Assembly: GCF_009914755.1 (NCBI RefSeq)
Contig: NC_060925.1
Source: the human T2T-CHM13v2.0 reference genome, Homo sapiens
Strand: one strand, 5' to 3'
Length of the DNA stretch: 64,000 nt
Shown here one piece after another: positions 59,466 through 64,000 of the stretch. The position numbers and the translations under genes are program-made. Position 1 is the first letter of the stretch, and every line of letters starts with the position of its first letter. The notes beneath the pieces are model-generated. The model had not been told where the DNA came from, ran no database searches, and saw only the letters and a list, made by a program, of their open reading frames with translations.

Positions 59466-62400
59466 GAAGTCACTAACATCAAATTGAGAAATGGCCTGCA
59501 ATTTAACTTTGTACTAACAGAGATAAAGTAGTGTGCTTCTAGAACAATGAAATGTATAAACAAAATTTTGAGAAAGATATTGGCTGCATCATAGAGCAAA
59601 GCTTTTGAAAGCTTTGGAAGCATCCATTTTCATACAAACTGTGATTATCTAAATTCTTATGCTGATGCTTCCATTTAATAGCTATAGGTAATTTTTTATT
59701 TCTGTGTTAGGTCGGGATAGCTATCCAGAATCATGTTGGCTGGCATAATTTCTGACACAGCACAGAGTGAGCATAGTGACATTTTTAACTGTTTTAAGAG
59801 CCCAGAGTTCAGACATTTTACCATGCATTCCAAACTGGAATTGTTTTTCCAGACATGATCTTTGCACTGTATGATGTGGCAGGTGTATTATGAGTACCCA
59901 ACAGAGGATGGCTAAAAGGCTATTTCGAGGAGGCCCATCCCACCAAGGTGGTCAAGGAGAGCATGCTAAATATTGGTAGGCAGCCACCACAATTTTAATC
60001 TCTGTCACTTTTTCAGCATGTGTCTATAGCAACATAAAAAAAGATTGATAAATTGTTGGAAATCATTAGCTAACAATTGACAGAACTTGCCTGGAGCTGT
60101 GCATAGACTGGAATTGCACTGTCTTTCTAATCAATGTTTAAATTTACTCTGTACCAAGTGTGTTTAAGTAGTACTAAAACATGTTTGACAGTATCCATTT
60201 TGTTTGGAAACTGAAAAAAATTGTGAAAACATTGGACAAAAGACAAATTGCTACTTATAGTCCGTAAAAAAAAAAGGTAGTTCTTATTTTAAAATATATC
60301 CTATTAAAATAGGATAATATTCTATTATAACCTTCTCCTCTTCCTTCTCCTGTGATTCCCTAGCTCTTAAGACTATTTGCCATCATCAGGTAACCCAGGA
60401 TGAAACCTTGCTGTCATCAGAACTCTCCCTTCCTCTGATTGCCTCTTAAGCTGAAATTTCTTCAACTCCATTGGTTCCTACTTGTGTGTATTTTTTTTCC
60501 CTAGTATTTCAGAGATCATCTAATTAAATTACTTCTCTGCCTGCTGTAACCAACTCTCTCTATTCCAGACTTTGAAGATTGCAGAGCTGGGGGGAGGTAG
60601 GTGTTGGTGAGGTGTTGCAGAGAAACAAGGCTGAGTCCCTAAAGGCATGCCTAACACCCTCACAGCCTCATTAAATTGTCAGGTCAGAGGACTCAATGAA
60701 AAGGGCCCTTGCTCTTGCCCTGTGAAATTCACTGTTGAATGATCCGATCATCCATGTCAGGTAATCTCCATTAAAGAAAAACTTCATGAAACAGAACAGA
60801 AGCTTTTCCTGACACGCTCTCCCCACTCCCAGGGAGATTAGGTACCACTCTTCTCCTCTATTTCAGCACCTAGGCACACCTTTGTCGGGGGCCTACCTGC
60901 CACAGTTATGGAGGTTATACAATTAAAGCTTTGTCTGACCCACTTAAGCCAGAAAGCCAGGTACTTACCATTTTGTCTCTAGTACACAATACCTAACACA
61001 TGATCGGAGCATAGAAAAGAATCTGGTATGTAATATGTATGCAATGTCTTTCTGGTTAATCAATCGATTAATTATTGCAGACTTAGTTAATCAGATTGTT
61101 CATGGGATGGGAGGAGATGATATTAGGAATTTAAAACTTACATTTTTGGAAACACAAAAGATGTGACATTGAGAGTTCCAAATAGAATTTGAGCAGCCAA
61201 TGATCTCAGTGCTATACTGTAAAATAAAAACACTAATTTTTTTAAGAGCTCCATTTTCATATGTCAGGTAATATATGCTGCCTTGGGTATAGTCTTAATT
61301 CTCTGCGTTTGCTCTATGCTTCTTCAGAGCTCAGTGAATGATACTTTATGGTTGATTCAACAAAGCTGGTTTAAAAATCCAAGGTTCTCTAATGAGTCAG
61401 AAAAAGAAAGATGTTACATTCTCTACCATCTGATCACTTTCAGCCATTGCTCGTTTCTGAACACATATTTACTTATTTTTTTTATAACTGCATGTAATTT
61501 TAATTTGTGCAACCTTTCCATTGGGTAGTGGAAACTCGGTATCAATTAATTCAGAGTGTCCTCTGGCAATTTATTTTATTGTGGTAAAAACACAACATGA
61601 GATCTATATTTTGAACAAACGTTCATAGTGTGTAATACATTACTGTTGTCTGTAGGTACAATGTTGTACAGAAGATCTCTAGAGTTTCTTCATCTTTCTT
61701 GACTGAGACTTCATGCCTGTCAATTAGTAACTTCCCATTTCCCTCTCCTCTCAGCCCCTGGTAACCACCATTTGACTCTTTTAGATACTTCACATAAGTG
61801 GAATCATACAATATTTGTCGTTCTGTGCCTGGCTTATTTATTCACCGTAATGTCCTCAAAGATCATCTATGTTGTCCCATATTGCAGAATGTCCTTCTTT
61901 TTAAAAGGCTGGAGAGTGTTCCATTGGTTATATTACTACATTTTCTTTATTCATTCATCCATCTATAGAAATTTATATTGTTTCCACATCTTGGCAACTT
62001 TAAATAGTGCTGCATTGAACATAGTTCATTACTAATATCTCTTTGAGATCTGATTTCAATTAAAAAAATACCCAGAGGTGGTATTGCTGGATCATATGGT
62101 AGTTCTACTTTTAACTTTTTAAGAAACCTCCGTACTGTTTTCCATAGTAGCTGCACCATTTCGCATGCACACCAGAAAGGGTTACAATTTTCTGAACATC
62201 CTTGCCAACTTATTTGTGTTGTACAATAACCATTCTAACAAATGTGAAGTGATAGCTCGTTGTGGTTTGAATTGAATTTCCATGATGATTAATGATACCG
62301 GGCATTTTTTCATATGTCTGTTGACCCCTTGTATGTCTCCTTTGGAGAAATGTGTATTCAAGTTCTTAGTCCATTTTTAAGAGGGTCTTTTTACTACTGT

Positions 62401-63151
62401 TAGGTTTTTTTTTCGTGGGGGGGGGTAGTACTACTGAGTTACAGAAGTTCCTCAGATATCTTAGAAATTAATCCCTCTCCTGATAGTTTGCAAATATTTT
62501 CCCCTCATTCTATAGGCTACCTTTCACTTTGTTGTCTCCTTTGCTATGGAGAAACTTTGTAATCTGATGCAGTCCCACTTGTTTTATTTTTTGTTTTTGC
62601 TACCTGTGATTTCAGTGTTATATCCATTAAATTATTGACAAGAATAATGTCATGAAGATTTTCCCCTCTGTTTTCTCCTAGGAGTTTTGTGGTTTCAGGT
62701 CTTAGGGTTAGGTCTTTAATCCAGTTTGAGTTGATTTTTGTGAATGGTTTAAGAGTCCAATTTCATTATTTTGCATGTGGATGTCCAGTTGTTCCAACAC
62801 CATTTGTTGATAAGCCTATCCTTTCCTCACTGTATATTCTTGGTACCTCTGTCAAACGTCAGTTAACTATATATGCACAGATTTATTTCTTGGCTCTCTA
62901 TTCTGTTCCATTGGTCTACGTACCTGTCTTTATGTCAGTATCACAGGTTTGACCACTAGATTTGTAACTTATTTTGAAATCAGGAAATTTGATGTCTCTA
63001 GCTTTTTTCTTCCTTCTTAAGACTGATTTGGCTACTTGTGAGTTTCTTTGGTGGTTCTAGGTAAATTTAAGTATTGGTTTTTTATATCTATTCCTAAAAA
63101 AACTTCAGATTTAATAAGAATTCTGTTGAATCTGTAAATTGCTTTGGGCAG

Positions 63152-63828
<677 letters not shown>

Positions 63829-64000
63829 GGTAGTATGAACATTTTAACAATATTAAATCTTCCAATCCATCAGATTGGGTTGTCTTTCCATTTGTTTGTG
63901 TCTTATTAAATTCTTTTATCTATTTTTATAGTTTTCAGTATACAAGTCTTTAACTTCCTTATATTAAAAGTCTATTCCTAAGTATTTTATTCTTTTTGGT

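Overview
This is AT-rich primate DNA, almost certainly human, from an intergenic or deep-intronic region. An AluYb-type element with the human-lineage 7-bp duplication is present. Most of the window is interspersed repeats: six Alus, L1M and L2 fragments, MIRs, MaLR LTRs including one full MST provirus, and DNA-transposon fossils. No spliced host-gene exon could be supported. The dominant feature is a full-length, intronless retrocopy of triosephosphate isomerase (TPI1; probably the locus annotated TPI1P1) at 29389-30639. It has its 5' UTR, an uninterrupted 249-codon ORF with all catalytic residues, a 3' UTR, AATAAA, a poly(A) tail and a 14-bp target-site duplication. It sits in an old L1MA 3' end that was hit by three separate retrotranspositions. 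The most notable observations are: (1) near-complete CpG retention in the retrocopy despite about 2% non-CpG divergence; (2) a probable cap-derived 5' G; (3) a possible heavily decayed Rho-GTPase pseudogene near 10.6-11.2 kb; and (4) a ~1.1-kb hAT-Ac/ZBED-like transposase fossil at 45.3-46.3 kb. I see no evidence for a wholly new biological system. Repeat subfamily calls and comparisons with TPI1 come from remembered consensus or reference sequences and need confirmation by alignment.
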